Of a DNA stretch of 64,000 nucleotides, positions 51,273 through 64,000 are shown piece by piece; position 1 is the first letter of the stretch; the number at the start of each line of letters is the position of its first letter. The stretch comes from Callorhinchus milii (lineage: Eukaryota). A program made the position numbers and the translations under genes. The notes beneath the pieces were generated by a model. It did not search any database. It was not told where the DNA came from and saw only the letters and a list, made by a program, of their open reading frames with translations. The DNA is taken from assembly GCF_018977255.1 (NCBI RefSeq), contig NW_024704743.1, positions 51,648,001 to 51,712,000 on the forward strand, in the 5' to 3' direction.

Positions 51273-51939
51273 AGACATTGCAAACTGTCTCAAAGAGAGC
51301 CCTTCACATGTTGGCTCAAGAAATGTTTACTGTACGAGTAAAATGAGCTCTAATTGTTCCTAATGGGTCCCCAAACACCCACAATTATACAGAGAGATAC
51401 ACTCCACTACCCAATTTACTAAACTCTACTTAGCAATAAGTTTGGCCAAAATCTTGTTCCCAAAGGAAACAAACAATTGTCTAAATTGGCAAATATGCTT
51501 CATACTATGCACATGAAAGGAGAGTGCATTGTGTCCATCAACTGGGTGACAGTTCTTTTCCATTCTAATGGAAGAAACGTGAAGTGACAGATACATTCTG
51601 GCAACGTCTGGCCTTTTGGAATGCAGAAAATTATTACTCTACTCTGTTTATCTATGTGATATACCAACATATTTAGTTCTTAAATCTGAGCAAATTGGTG
51701 AAAATTGTGATGTGTGCTGTGTTAATTATCACCAATCACAATGATCACATTCAAGAAAGTTTGGCCAAAGTTCATCCATCAGCCACAAGTATGACTACCC
51801 ACCCCACCCCTCCATTCCCACCCCCCCGGCTTAGTCACAATGATTGGACTTGCCAATATGTGCATCGTGCATCCATTGGAGTCTGCTTTATAGTATGCTG
51901 ACAACTTTTATTTTTAATCGTGGAGTGAAGCCAGTATAC

Positions 51940-52443
51940 TGCAGAAGGGGGAGAAGAACAACCAGTAGGTCCAAGATAGAGGGACAAAACATGAGGGCAG
52001 GTGAATGGGGCTCAGGTAAGGTGGGTAAGGACATGAAGGCATTTGAAGATCAAGATGAAAATGTCAAAGTTACGACATTGGACTTGAGGGGCCCAAAGGA
52101 GTAGAAATCCTTCCATTTGGTTCTTGTTATCCTCGCAAGCCAAAGCCAAAATAGAATTGGATGATCTTAGCTGAAGCTGTGGGAAGCTTGCCAGATAGGA
52201 TTGACTATGGCAAGCTACATCATTGCAAATTTCTTCACTTGCCTCCTTCAAGGCACACCTCAAGACCCTCCTCTTCAACTGTGCCATCAGCCACTCTCCT
52301 AACCTCTCTGCCCTCCACCTTCCCTGATACCAACACCCCCTCCCCCACCCACCCGCTCGGGTCCTAATCCCGACTGTTCAGAGCCTTGGGATATGCTTCC
52401 GATGTGAAAGGTGCTTTACAAATGTAATTTTGTATTGTATTGT
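51940..52443. mobile_element. L2 fragments (- 51940-52105; + 52232-52443)
   Basis: FDIFILIFKCLH on the minus strand; cttgcctccttcaaggcacacctcaagacc..gtgaaaggtgctttacaaatgtaatttt(gtatt)n. Confidence 0.75.
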
Positions 52444-52859
52444 ACATGGTTTCAGCTGGTTAAACACCAGCATTCCTCAATGCACACTTTGTGGTTCCTA
52501 AACCTAGACTTTTACGAAACTGCGCCTAACACCTTTTGAATCTGGGTAAGGAGGATGTATCTTCCAGGGACAGAATATGCATTCCCTTCCAGACACACAA
52601 AAATCTCAGTATGCTTTGGATACTCTGAGGTATGGTGATGGGCTTCAATATATGTCAGACAGCTCTGGCTGACCAAAACAAAATGTACTGTAAAAGTAGT
52701 TTTATTATTCTCTCACCAATATCACCGTTCTATACTCTATACTTCTAATGAAAATATTTGTCTGCTTTTCCTTTCTACTGGAGGATGATTTCATATTGCC
52801 CAGCAAGCTCTAGTGCCCTGCTCACATGCCCAATACTGGTGTAAACCTTGAGTGAATGT

Positions 52860-53074
52860 CAGAGGATTATTTGTCTACGGGGAATGGAAGCTACACCAGA
52901 TCCTGTCAGTGCTCGGATTACACACACATGAACACCTTTCAACAGGGGTCACTGAAGAGCAATCAGCAGCTGAATTTTCTCTCCCTAACACAAGACTGTG
53001 ACCAATTGCCACACTTCTATTGCCACTCTGGTTGAAATCAGCTAACACAGCATAGACTTGGGATCAGGGACCTT
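52860..53074 (-). mobile_element. Ancient tRNA-SINE, second family (AmnSINE2-like from memory)
   Basis: Minus strand gaaggtccctgatcccaagtctatgctgtgttagctgatttcaacc..caattggtc..agggagagaaaattcagc..cagtgacccctgttgaaag. Confidence 0.6.
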
Positions 53075-53659
53075 CACATTCTACAATTAATTGTGGAAAC
53101 TAGTGAAGACATCAGGGATGCATTCCACACTTCATTGTTTTTAGATGCGTTACTTTTATAATCTTTTATAATCTTCTTCCCGAGGAGGAAATCTCCTCTT
53201 GGCATCTCTGTACACCAGCATGGTTGAAATGAGCACCTCAACATGCAGGAAACTGTAAAATGAAGACACATCCTATTACCTGAAAATTTTTTTGGAGTTT
53301 CACCAGTGAATAAGTAGTTCTCTTCACACACACATACATACGTACACGTATATAATCGTACTGAGCACAAAGCACAGTGACTCATAAATCATTATTTCTG
53401 TCCCCTATGAGATATATATTACTCTGATAATAACCGTGACATTCAAAAGTGGAGAGAAGTACAGCTGGGTATACTGCCAAGGCAGATGACTGCCCTTTGG
53501 TCAATGAACTGCAGATGCTATTAAACATTTTGCAATCAATACAGGAAGAACCACATCCTAACTATGTAATCACTCATTTTATTAGATCAAGAAGTTTCAC
53601 CTGCACTTTCTCCCCCTACCCAATGTTATGTATCACTTGCATATTCCATTAAACTAGAT

Positions 53660-54050
53660 TGCAGTATGTGACCTTTGAAATGTCAAATGGGAAGTTATCA
53701 GATGCCACTGCCGCAGCACTATCAGTAAAGTCCAGTTAGCGCATGTTAAGATTTACTTCCACATAATTTAAAAACACAACTATAATTACCTAAACTGCAT
53801 GTACTTTTGCACAAACTTAAAATAACACGCTGACCCTCCATTGTGCTCTCCATTGTAAAATGTAATTTTATTCTTTAGATTAATAGCGTACTCGCACATT
53901 CATGTTCATGGTATCCTTATTTTATCTCTTTAATTACACCGTAATGAAGATCATAGGCGTGATCGCATGCCCAATTGCTTTTTTATACATCTTTCTGCCG
54001 TCTCAGTTACTGCTGCTGTTTTAATAATCCACTTCAGTTTAATGTGTTTT
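53660..54050. promoter_or_regulatory. Repeat-free CNE/enhancer-like block
   Basis: TGACCTTTG, two CATTGT, several TAATTA and about ten CpGs in AT-rich non-repeat DNA. Confidence 0.4.
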
Positions 54051-54719
54051 TTAGTCTGCTTGAGCAACCACTGTGCCCCAATGCCAAGAGAAAATGGCAA
54101 CAGGAATAGAAACGACACCCCAAGTGTTTTCTAGATATTGTTTCACAATTTTATAGGTGAAGAATTTAGCAAGTACCAAACCATATGCCACTACAAGCTC
54201 AAACCTAGTGTAAATCATTGTTTCCAAATCCATTACACCATAGGCCACCAGCCAATGCATTTTAATTAAGTGGGATATTTTGTAATAGCATTTCAGTTAA
54301 AAATCAGTTCATAGATTTGGATACAAATAAAACTCAATATTCAAAATTATCACCTATTCACAAAACACCTTGGGACCGAATGGGAAAGCATGTTAGGCAT
54401 TCTTTAATTATTTTCCGATGGAAATACTGTGACAAATAGAATCATAGAAGTTTATAGTATTGATGAAGGAGGATATTCAGCCATTATGTCTGTGCCAGTT
54501 CTCTGAAAAATCTCTATCTATTTAGTCTCATTCTCCTGCCTTTGGCCGTACCTGTTAATAGCTCCTTGAAAGGATCCAAGGAAATCAGAAAACATGAACA
54601 TATACAGTTATTGTTAATGAGGCACAGTGACAGATTTGGCACAAAAATTAGTTGGGAGACTGGGGAGAGTTGCACGTTAGAATGGAAGTGATAATTAATT
54701 ATGCCTAATTGACTAATTA

Positions 54720-55322
54720 CAACAACAACAACAACAAGATTCCATTTATTGAGCGCCTTTCACGTCGGGAGGACGTCCCAAGGCGCTGTACAGTTGGGTC
54801 AGGACCCGAGCAAGGGGGAAATGGTCAGGGTGAGGGAAGGGAAGGGAGGGAGCGAGGAAGGGGTAAAGAGTCGAGAGGGGAGCTGAAGGCACGGTCAAAG
54901 AGAAAGGTCTTGAGACCGGCCTTGAAGGAGGAAAGGGAGGAAGCAAGGCAAAGGCACTGGGGGACAGAGTTCCAGAGCCTGGGGGCTGAAGGCCCAGCCA
55001 CCGATGGTAGGGCGGTTGGGGCGGGGGATGTGGAGCAGACCGGAGCCAGAGGAACGGAGGGTACGGGCAGGTAGGTAGGGGGATAGTAGGTCGGAGAGGT
55101 AGGAGGGAGCAAGGCCTTGAATGGCCTTGTAGGTGAGGATGAGGATCTTGAATTCGATCCTCTGGGGGATGGGGAGCCAGTGGAGGCGAGTGAGGGTGGG
55201 AGTGATGTGGTCGCGAAGCCTGGTGCGGGACAGTACACGAGCTGCAGAGTTCTGAATGACCTGCAGCTTGTGGAGGGAGGTGCCGGGAAGGCCGGCGAGG
55301 AGAGAGTTCCCATAGTCCAGCC
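54720..55322 (-). mobile_element. Young L2 LINE, 3' about 600 bp
   Basis: (caa)n gattccatttattgagcgcctttcacgtc..; CpG-rich; L2 ORF2 C-terminal motifs (APRLWNSVP..SFKAGLKTFLFDRAF). Confidence 0.93.
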
Positions 55323-57424
55323 TTTAATTAGTTAGAAATCCGAGTCCCACAATACAAGACTCTTTCCATGCCAACTCGCGTGAACTCTACTCTGACCTGA
55401 TCTCCTTCCAGAGCAGACATCCTGCTGGTCAACAGGAATTCTTCTAGGATTCCAGAAAGAAGCTGCAACTTACATCCCAATAACTTTAGCATCATGGCAA
55501 AAACGAGGAAGCATTGTCTCAAGAGGCATTGTATTGAATAAAAGTGATTATCAGTCTTGTGATTAATTTCTACATTTTAAATGAATGAGATGTTATTCTG
55601 AGTGCCAATATTTTTTCCCTTACTTTGGGGTTGAAAAACTGCTCAAAGAGCAAAAACTCCACGTTACTGGTACCTTGCAACAGGAAACATGCCTTATAAC
55701 ATGAACTGGATGTTCACCATGAAACCTTTAGAGAGTTACTGCTACAAGATGAAGTTGGGTTAGAGGCAAAGTTTCACAAGGTGCATAGTGTATGGGGGTT
55801 CCATGCATTAAACATACTTTACATTGCCAGGTGCTTTGACTCATGGGAAGTAACAGTAAAATCTTCAAGTGTTTTTCAACCCCTTTGGGAAAATGCACTA
55901 TAAGGGCAGCTGCAGATATGGCAAAAGTAAATTGTAAGACTGCAAGTTTGAAAAAGCCAACACTATACCTCATCATGTGATCATGTAAGCTTCAGCACTT
56001 GTGTCACCTTCTGACTCAGACGCTTATTATTACAGCATCAATGTTATGTCTTTCAATAAAACATATAACAGGGAATTTTGTATAAGAGCAACTCTTCAAA
56101 ATGTCCTGGAGCTTCACACACAGTCATTTGGACCGCTACTGTTTACAGGAAAAAATAGCAAGTTATTACTGAAATATGAAAACAGTACATCGTGTAGGTA
56201 CTTGATACATCTACAGAATAAAATCTGGAAATCACCAAAAGACTTGTTTTAGTTTCCTGGCAGAACAACACCTCGACTTGAAAACGCCAAATCAAAAAAC
56301 TGATGAAAAGTGTTCAACTTGACCTATTTTCCTTAAAGGATAAGTAACCTAATAAGACTCACAGATTGTAGGAAATTTCATCCCAGGAAGTCAAAACTTT
56401 CAGTTTGGGGAAAATCTGCCCTCCCAGTGTTACGTTGCTGCCAGCGTCCTTGTCACTTGCGTTTGATGTTATGATGAAAATCACATTATTAAAAATAATA
56501 GTGTTTCATGCAGACACTGACTCTCTAAAGAGTTGCAGTAAATATATTAATTTTTATCAGCTAGAAACTACCCATTGGACTGAAAAGTTTCATTACTGCC
56601 AAAAATAACAACATTTATTTAATCCTGACAGCCAAAAATGCTACAGCAAGCAACAGCTGCAGATATGGCATGAGTAAACTCAAGAACTATAAGCTTGCAA
56701 AAGCCAACCACTATACATCTGTGGTCATGTTAGCTACAGTATTGGTGCCAAGTTCAGACTCAGACAATAATCAACATTATATCTTTCAGTAAAGGAAAGC
56801 AATACACAAAACAGTGCACAAAATCTGCTTTTCTTCTTCCTTACTGCACTCACACATTTAGAGAAAGGTTTCTTTAGTTCCATATTTTTTATCCAAATAG
56901 TAGTAACTGTAACATGTGCCCTGAACAAGGTTAGCAGTCCAACGCACCAAATCAAAGTGCTGAAATGTTATTCTCCATTTGTCGGTACATGTATGAGGTT
57001 GAAATTCCAGCCACACTTACTTGCAGAGTTACTGACAGAATTTGGAGGGTGAATTACCCAAACTCATACTAAAAAAAAAAACTAGTGAAATTCCATAGGT
57101 TCAGCATTAAAACTTTCACTTTCTCACAGTAGAAAAACTTCATTGGCCACCATTCATGGGTAAGTTACAGACAAGCACTTGTTTATTCTGTTCATTCTGT
57201 CATTTTAAACTATTTTCAGCCTACTGCTGATTTACAACTATCAAGTGTAGCAGAACCATCTACAGGCTGCCAAAGAATGTCCCAACATGGCAGACTGGGT
57301 GCGATGGGCAACATGTTCCTTTAGCTCAGGGTGGTCCTACGTATTGGCTGTTCATGGCCATATGTCAGATTTGAAAATCATTTGAAGGCTGCATAAACAA
57401 TAATTTATCCTGTTTCCAGTCCCA

Positions 57425-58062
57425 TTGCTGGGCAGGCACTCAGCCCCCCACCCCCATGACAGTCTCCTGATTGACTTGGGGCCTGCGTGTTGCCTGTATT
57501 TGCTCATTGCGTAATGATCCCGCCACAGGCTGCAGATCATCCAGAACTCTGCAGCCTGTGTCCTCTCCTACACCAGGCTCCACAACTCTATCACCCCAAT
57601 CCTCACCCAACTCCACTGGCTTCCCATCACTCAGAGGATACAGTTCAAGATCCTGGTCCTCACCTTCAAAGCCCTCCATGGTTTTGCTCCACCCTACCTC
57701 TGTGACCTCCTAACCCCCTACCATCCTGCCCACTCCCTTGGCTCAGCGGGCTCTGGCCTGCTTCATGTTCCCTGCCTCACTCGCCCCACTATTGGCGGGC
57801 GGGCCTTCAGCCACTCTGCCCCCATGCTCTAGAACTCCATCCCGCAGTCCCTCCGCCTTGCCCCCTCCCTTGCCTCCTTCAAGTCCAATCTCAAGGCCCT
57901 CCTCTTCGACCATGCCTTCAATCTCCCTGCTTCCCCCCTGCCCTCCACCCTCCCCGACCCCAACCCCCAGCTCGGGTCCAAAACTCTGTCTGTCCAGCAC
58001 CTTGGGATGTCCTCCCGACGTGAACAGCGCTTTACAAATGTAATTTTGTTGTTGCAGTTGTT
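57425..58062 (+). mobile_element. L2 LINE 3' about 640 bp
   Basis: ctccactggcttccc..cagttcaagatcctggtcctcaccttcaaagccctccatgg..gcgctttacaaatgtaattttgttgttg. Confidence 0.9.
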
Positions 58063-60489
58063 GAAGTTGGAAATTATTCATGGGCCGGATGTAACCCATA
58101 GACCATCAGTTGGACCACCCTGCGTTAACTTAACATTCTTTCTAATTCAACTCATTCCACTTTCAGCCTTAGTCAAAGTGAGTTCTGTGTGCTGATGTCC
58201 ACCTGCATTCAGATCTTCCTCTACACAGAAATGAAACAGCCACAGTAGGTTTGTACTTGTGTGAAAAAAAAGCAGACATGGAGGTGGGTTAGGAAAAATA
58301 CATTTCTCGGATTGATAAGAACATCTTTGGACCTATTGCACCATCTGGTATTGTTCAATAGTCACAGTGACAATCTAGAGGGATGTCATTCCTTTGAAAA
58401 CTCACAATTTCTGAAAGAAGCCTTTTTTAGTAAAGCTGCTTCGAAACAAGACAGGCCATTCTGTTTACAGTCTATACCAGCCCCTCTACTCACAGACGAC
58501 AGTCCTGATGTCCACTTTCCTTCAGGAACTAACTTTTTCTTTGTGGATCCCTAAAGCCCCAACTTGTCAACAGAACCTCTGGTCCTCAGAATCATTTCCT
58601 TCTCCTCACCTACTCCTTTGGCATCACCTAGTGCTCAAAAGAACAACACTTTTCCACCCTCAGATGACCACTTTCATCACTGACACTCACAATGGGCTTC
58701 TATCACAGAGGCAGGACCTCAGCAGTCTGTAGGTGGAATGACTCAGACAGTTTTGAGAAAGCCATTATGTTTATCACAGCCGCCTTGAGATAAGGAGAAA
58801 TTATCATTCTCCACTTTAATTATGCTGCCTACAACTACAACACAACAACTTGAATGTATATCGCATTCTTCATGTAGTATAGCCCTGTAGAATCTACAGT
58901 TATAACCTGAAGCTTGCCCAGAATATAAACTAAGTGAAGTGCCCATCCCACCAATTCATTGCTATTATCTCATCTATTTGAGTTACAATCATTTTCAGAT
59001 TTCGGATTGATTTGGAATTTGCATTATAACTCTGGTGGTAACCAAAGCCACGCCCACTACCATTTATCACCACATTAGAAACAGTAGGCCTCAATGTTCA
59101 ACTGCTCAACTGTCATATGAGACTGATGGACATACTGATTGTTATACATTTACCATTATTTCCATTCTTAAAATGTAAAACCAATAAGTGGTCACTTATT
59201 GGAACATGCTTATATTTGTCTCTTTGTCTAAATCTTCACTGGTATGATTTGTAGCGGGGAAGAAATGAGGGTACAATGGTTTTATTGTCAAGGTGTCTAC
59301 ATTTTTCATACCTCTGTAATACCTTTCAATGTTTCCTACTCTTCCCAACAGATGGAGATTTAGATATATACGCTAAATGATATTTATGCATGGAACTTCT
59401 ATCAATCTACTAATGCTTTTACTTTCTGTTGTTTTCACTAATGGAAATCACCATTATGTTCCTGTCTGAAGCAAATTTGACTGTTATTTATTCTTACTGG
59501 TTGCTATCCAATAATGTCTGCTGGAAAGTGCACATGTTTCAATGTAAGGCGACAGCTGGACTGCACACACCATTAATGCCAATGCTCACTGACAATTCAC
59601 AAAGAATGTTACTTGTGCAAAGTACCAGAGGGTGGATGACAATTATGGTACCATATCCACTACCATGAATCAAAACCTTCAAAGGGGAGAAGAAGAGAAC
59701 AGTAAAACGTTATAAAGAAATTCCAAACAACTCTTCTTCCTATATTTTTCTTAATTACAGTATATGTTACAGTTCAATGTAACTTCCTATTGTAACCAAA
59801 GATTGTAAAATTTTAAATGGAGAAAGAACTCTTTTGATAGTTTCTTGTAAACAAATGTCTTACACAAGAAAAGCAAATATAAGGTAATTTATACATTGAA
59901 ACACATGTTACATGGTTTTTTTTTTAGAATTTTAGCAATATGTGTTTAATTTAAAAAACAATTTCACTCTGGTTGCTCAATTACATATACATATTGAAAG
60001 CATTTTGCAGTAAAACTATAGAACCAAGAAACAAAAAATTGCAGTACAGAAGGCAGATCAACCCATCGTGTCTGTACTGGCTCTTTTAAAAAGCAATCCT
60101 TTCAGGCCCATTTATCTGCCTTTATTCTATACCCCTATAATGTACTTAAGTCCTGTGAAGCATTTAAGACATTTTGATGGTGTGATCAAGTAATATATCA
60201 AGTGCAAGGAATATTAGTATTATTATTACAATTATTTAATATAATTTCCAATTCAATTTTGGTAAGACAGCTTTGGTAAAGCAATAAGTTGACTAGATTG
60301 ATCAATAGGAAAACTCCTTTGCAGTTTGGATTATCAATAACTGATAAACCAAAAATACTTTTCAGATATTTGGAACAAAATACAAACAGCATGCAAGCAG
60401 GCCATTTGGCCAAACTAGTCCATGTTGGTGTTTATCCTCCACATGAGTCTCCACACCTCCTAATTCTTTCTTCCTTACCATCTATTCCC

Positions 60490-60942
60490 TCAGGTATGCT
60501 GTACTGGGGCAGCACTACCGTGTCAGAAGTGCCATGCTTCAGATGAGTCATTGAACCAAGGTCCGCCTGCCTGTACTTAAGATGGTCAATAAAGATTCCA
60601 GGACACTATTCAGATTGAGAAAAGGGTTTCCCCTGTTTCCCTGACCAACAGTTAAAGAAGATTTACAAAGGTTTACAAAGAATGTACAGCTTGGAAACAG
60701 GCCACTCGGCCCAACCAATCTCTGGCGGTATTTATACTCCACACCTGCCTTCACCCATTCCTTACTCCCTCCCATACCTTTTTATTCCTTTCTCCAGTTA
60801 AATTGATTATTCATCTCATTGTTGTTTGTGAGACCTTGCTATGCACTAAATACTGTACTTGCTGTATTAAACCAATAAAACCAGTCACTACATTTAACTG
60901 CAATTACTGTAAAGCACTTTGAGATGTATTAACATAATAAGG
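60490..60942 (+). mobile_element. Deu-SINE split by a minus-strand CR1-type tail (about 60655-60797)
   Basis: SINE stops at ccctgaccaaca and resumes at aaattgattattcatctc; insert ggaaacaggccactcggcccaac. Confidence 0.7.
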
Positions 60943-60944
60943 CT

Positions 60945-62030
60945 AAGGAGGGGGCGAGGCAGAGTGACTGCGGGATGGAATTCAAGAGGTTGGGGGCAGA
61001 GTGGCTGAAGGCTCTGCCGCCAGTGGTGGGGCGGGTGGATCGGGGGATGTGGAGCAGGCCAGAGCCGGCTGAGCGGAGGGACCAGGCGGGTTGGTAGGGG
61101 GTTAGGAGGTCGCAGAGGTATGGTGGGCCGAGGCTATGGAGGGCTTTGTATGTGAGGACCAGGATCTTGAACTGTATCCTCTGAAGGATAGGGAGCCAGT
61201 GGAGTCGGGCGAAAGTGGGGGAGATGGGGTCACGGAGTTTGGTGCAGGAGAGGACCTGGGCTGCAGAGTTCTGGATTATCTGTAGCCTGTGGAGGGAGGA
61301 GTTGGGAAGGCTGACAAGTAGGGCGTTTGCATATTTGAGCCTGGATGTGATGAAGGCATGAACAAGTGTTTCAGCGGCCTGAGGGGTGAGCTAGGGGCAG
61401 AGTCGGGCGATGTTACAGAGGTGAGGAAAGGCAGAGCGGGTCATGGCTTGAATGTGGGGGAGAAAAGACAGTTGAGGGTCGAATAAAACACCTAGGTTCC
61501 TGACTGGCTTGGTGAGTTGTAGTGTGCAAATATGGAGGTTGATGTTGCCAGAGCCTGAGGTGCAGAGGCACTGGCGCGAGCCAATCAGGAGGGCCTCAGT
61601 CTCACATTCAACTGTAGGAAATTTGCCCTCATCCAGGATTTGATGTCCGACAGGCAGTCTGTCAGGACGGCAGTGGTCCTGGAGGGTGGAGACAGAAAGA
61701 TAGAGTTGGGTGCCATCTGTATACATATGGAAGTTGACCCCATGTCTGCGGATGATGTCACCAAGGAGGATCATGTAGATATTAAAGAGGAGAGGGCCAA
61801 GGACAGAGCCCTGGGGGACCCCAGACGTGACAGTGCGGTGGCTGGAGAAGAAACCGTTAGAGGCAACAAAGTGGAGACGGTGAGAGAGATAGGAATCGAA
61901 CCAGGCAAGGGCAGGTCCGTGAAGATTGAGTAGAGCGGAGAGGCGGTGTATGAGGATGGAGTGGTCGACAGTGTTGAAGGCGGCAGAGAGGTCGAGGACA
62001 AGGAGGCAGAGGGAGCCCTGATCACAGATG
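60945..62030 (-). mobile_element. L2 LINE fragment with reverse-transcriptase domain (frameshifted)
   Basis: ORF 61391-62056: LVLDLSAAFNTVDH..WFDSYLS..GVPQGSVLGPLLFNIY..FHMYTDGTQLY (decayed YADDTQLY)..VRNLGVLFDPQLSF. Confidence 0.95.
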
Positions 62031-62124
62031 TTCAGAATGAAGAGAGCAAATTCCATTTTTTTAAAAAAACTTTACAACTGAAAACTCTGAGATGGTTGGA
62101 TGTTCACAAACTGGATTTGTGTGT

Positions 62125-62568
62125 CAGCCTAACTCAATTGGTAGCACTCTTGCCTCTGAGTCAGAGAGTTGTGGCTTCAAGCCCCACATCAGGACTTTGA
62201 ACTGCCAGTCTAGGTTCCAATGTGGTGCTGGGGATTGTGCCTCATTGTCAGAGGTGCCGTCCTTCAGAGGAGACAGTAAATCGAGGTCCTCTCTGTCTAT
62301 TCAGGTTGAAGTCAAAGATCACATAGCACCTTTTCTTTAAAAAAAAGATAAGGGAGTTTCTCCCAATGTCCTGGTCAACAATCCCAAAAATAAAATTGGT
62401 TGCTCACTTCATGGCTGTTTATGGGACCTTGCTGTGAGCAAATTGGCTGTTGAGTTTACCTAAAAAAAATAAACAGTCACTACACTTTCAGTACATCCTA
62501 TGAAATGCTTTGACACATCCTCCTGACATGAAAGGTGCTCTATCGAATAAAATAATTATTATTGTTAT
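62125..62568 (+). mobile_element. Near full-length older Deu-SINE
   Basis: taactcaattggtagcactcttgcctctgagtcagagagttgtggcttcaagcccc head, Deu core gtttatgggaccttgctgtgagcaaattggctg, tail tgaaaggtgctctatc. Confidence 0.85.
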
Positions 62569-64000
62569 TTGCTGTGCTAATTGTGATTTCCAGTTTGCAA
62601 GCAACTCAAAATCTTTGTCTGCTAATTTCTAGGCTAGCAAAGTCTCAAAAACCATCATAGAGCAAACACAAACAGGAGACAGGAAGAGTTTTAGTCAGTA
62701 GCCATCATCAACATGGGATTTGCTATTTGCGACTGTGAGGAGAATCTTATAATACGATATTTACAAACCAGAAAGTGCAATCAGCACAGTCGGCTTTGCA
62801 AATATCGCATTTTAGATCCCACTTCATTTTTTCTCTTTAACCATTTAAATCAGGGTATAATCAAATCTGCCAAATGTCAGAATTTTAAATTTTGCAGGTT
62901 TAAAATAGCAAGTGGCATGCAGGGTGTCAAAATATATATTTCACGACTGCATTCTTCGAATACACTATGTTTTTTGGGACACACAAGTAAGCCAGTGCTC
63001 ACCTTACAGAACATGCTACTAAATTGAATAAAGCAGGATATACACAAAATTAAATCTAAAAGCTCATAACTTAGTATCATCTGAGTCAGAGGTGATAGAT
63101 TTCATTTATAGAGTGAATCCAAAGCTGTTCAGGGTCAGTAGGATATGGACCATTTCTAGGCTACTGCAAAGTCTGATGGAGTTGATTAATTTGTTGGAAC
63201 TAAGCTTTGTCTTCTCCAGCTCGCTGAACAACTTCATTTCAGCTGATGAGTTCAAGTAGGGGTCAAAACAATCCGCATATCTGACAATTCAAGTAAATGG
63301 GAATTAATTTTATGAGTTAGTGCCAGGCAGCACTGTTAAAACTAAACAAAAAAACTACTGTATCAAACATGCTTTAAACTAAAATTCATATAGCGTGTTG
63401 AGATACATACTTCATGACTGCATTCTTCGCATACACTCTATGTCATGTGTTCACACAAATAAATACAGTTATTAATATATGGCCTGTCCTTCTAAAGTAT
63501 TATGGTTAGGCTCAGGAATAATTGAATCTCTGCCGATTATGATCTCACTAAATTAATAGACCTTTCTTGTGTGATGTGACTGAGCAGCTCGGGCCTGCAC
63601 AGCTGTGCGCTGCAAAATTAATGTCCAGTTCAACTTTTATGTTCATATAATAGCAAACTAGAGTGCAGTACTGGGGTAGTGCACCAATACCAGTGCACAT
63701 GGAAATAGACAGAACTGATCTTAATAGAAGACTGCTGTCTTTCATGTTGCCAACAGCATAGCTTAAGAGAAACCCTCAGGGAGCAAATTACCTTTGTAAA
63801 TTGGTTTGCTCAGATTCCAGTTTCCTTATGATTTTTCTTTTTCTCAGTTCCTGCTTTTCAGCTAAATGTTAATAATAAAATAATACCTTTGTCAACATCA
63901 GGGTTGCAGAACATAGAAGAAAATACTGCCTTGAGACTTTTAAACACTTTAAAGAGCTTATGAAAGCTGTATGCTGCTGCAAAAAATCATTGCATGATTC

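Noticed and set aside
61391..62056. 221-aa ORF as a host gene
   Set aside because: Frameshifted L2 reverse transcriptase with a decayed catalytic motif
1..64000. Prokaryote-style systems (CRISPR arrays, operons) and most short ORFs in the track
   Set aside because: The sequence is vertebrate intronic/intergenic DNA; there are no regularly spaced repeats, and the ORFs are repeat-derived or of chance length

Overview
AT-rich, CpG-depleted vertebrate genomic DNA. The repeat content points to a cartilaginous fish, probably a chimaera such as Callorhinchus (inference). It comprises L2 LINEs with (GTT)n tails, CR1 tails, tRNA-headed Deu-domain SINEs with (ATT)n tails and Penelope-type remnants; single Ns sit beside homopolymers. 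Much of the window is 5'-truncated, often nested L2/CR1/SINE copies. The only ORF with recognisable protein motifs is a broken L2 reverse transcriptase (61391-62056). I can name no intact protein-coding gene. A probable plus-strand terminal exon/3'UTR lies at about 2416-2985. The most interesting and least certain signal is a colinear series of minus-strand exon-like segments (about 22.3 kb down to 5.4 kb). By eye they read like pieces of two tandem cyclic-nucleotide-binding domains with premature stops, i.e. a possible decaying CNBD1/CNBD2-like gene. Other observations are an LF-SINE-like relic, degenerate hammerhead-ribozyme cores, an 86-nt pre-miRNA-like hairpin, a 34-bp inverted repeat, a TIR pair, two local duplications (one containing a candidate 27-nt microexon), a candidate GC-AG non-coding exon and repeat-free CNE-like blocks. 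Repeat boundaries are approximate. All family assignments come from remembered consensus sequences, not database searches.
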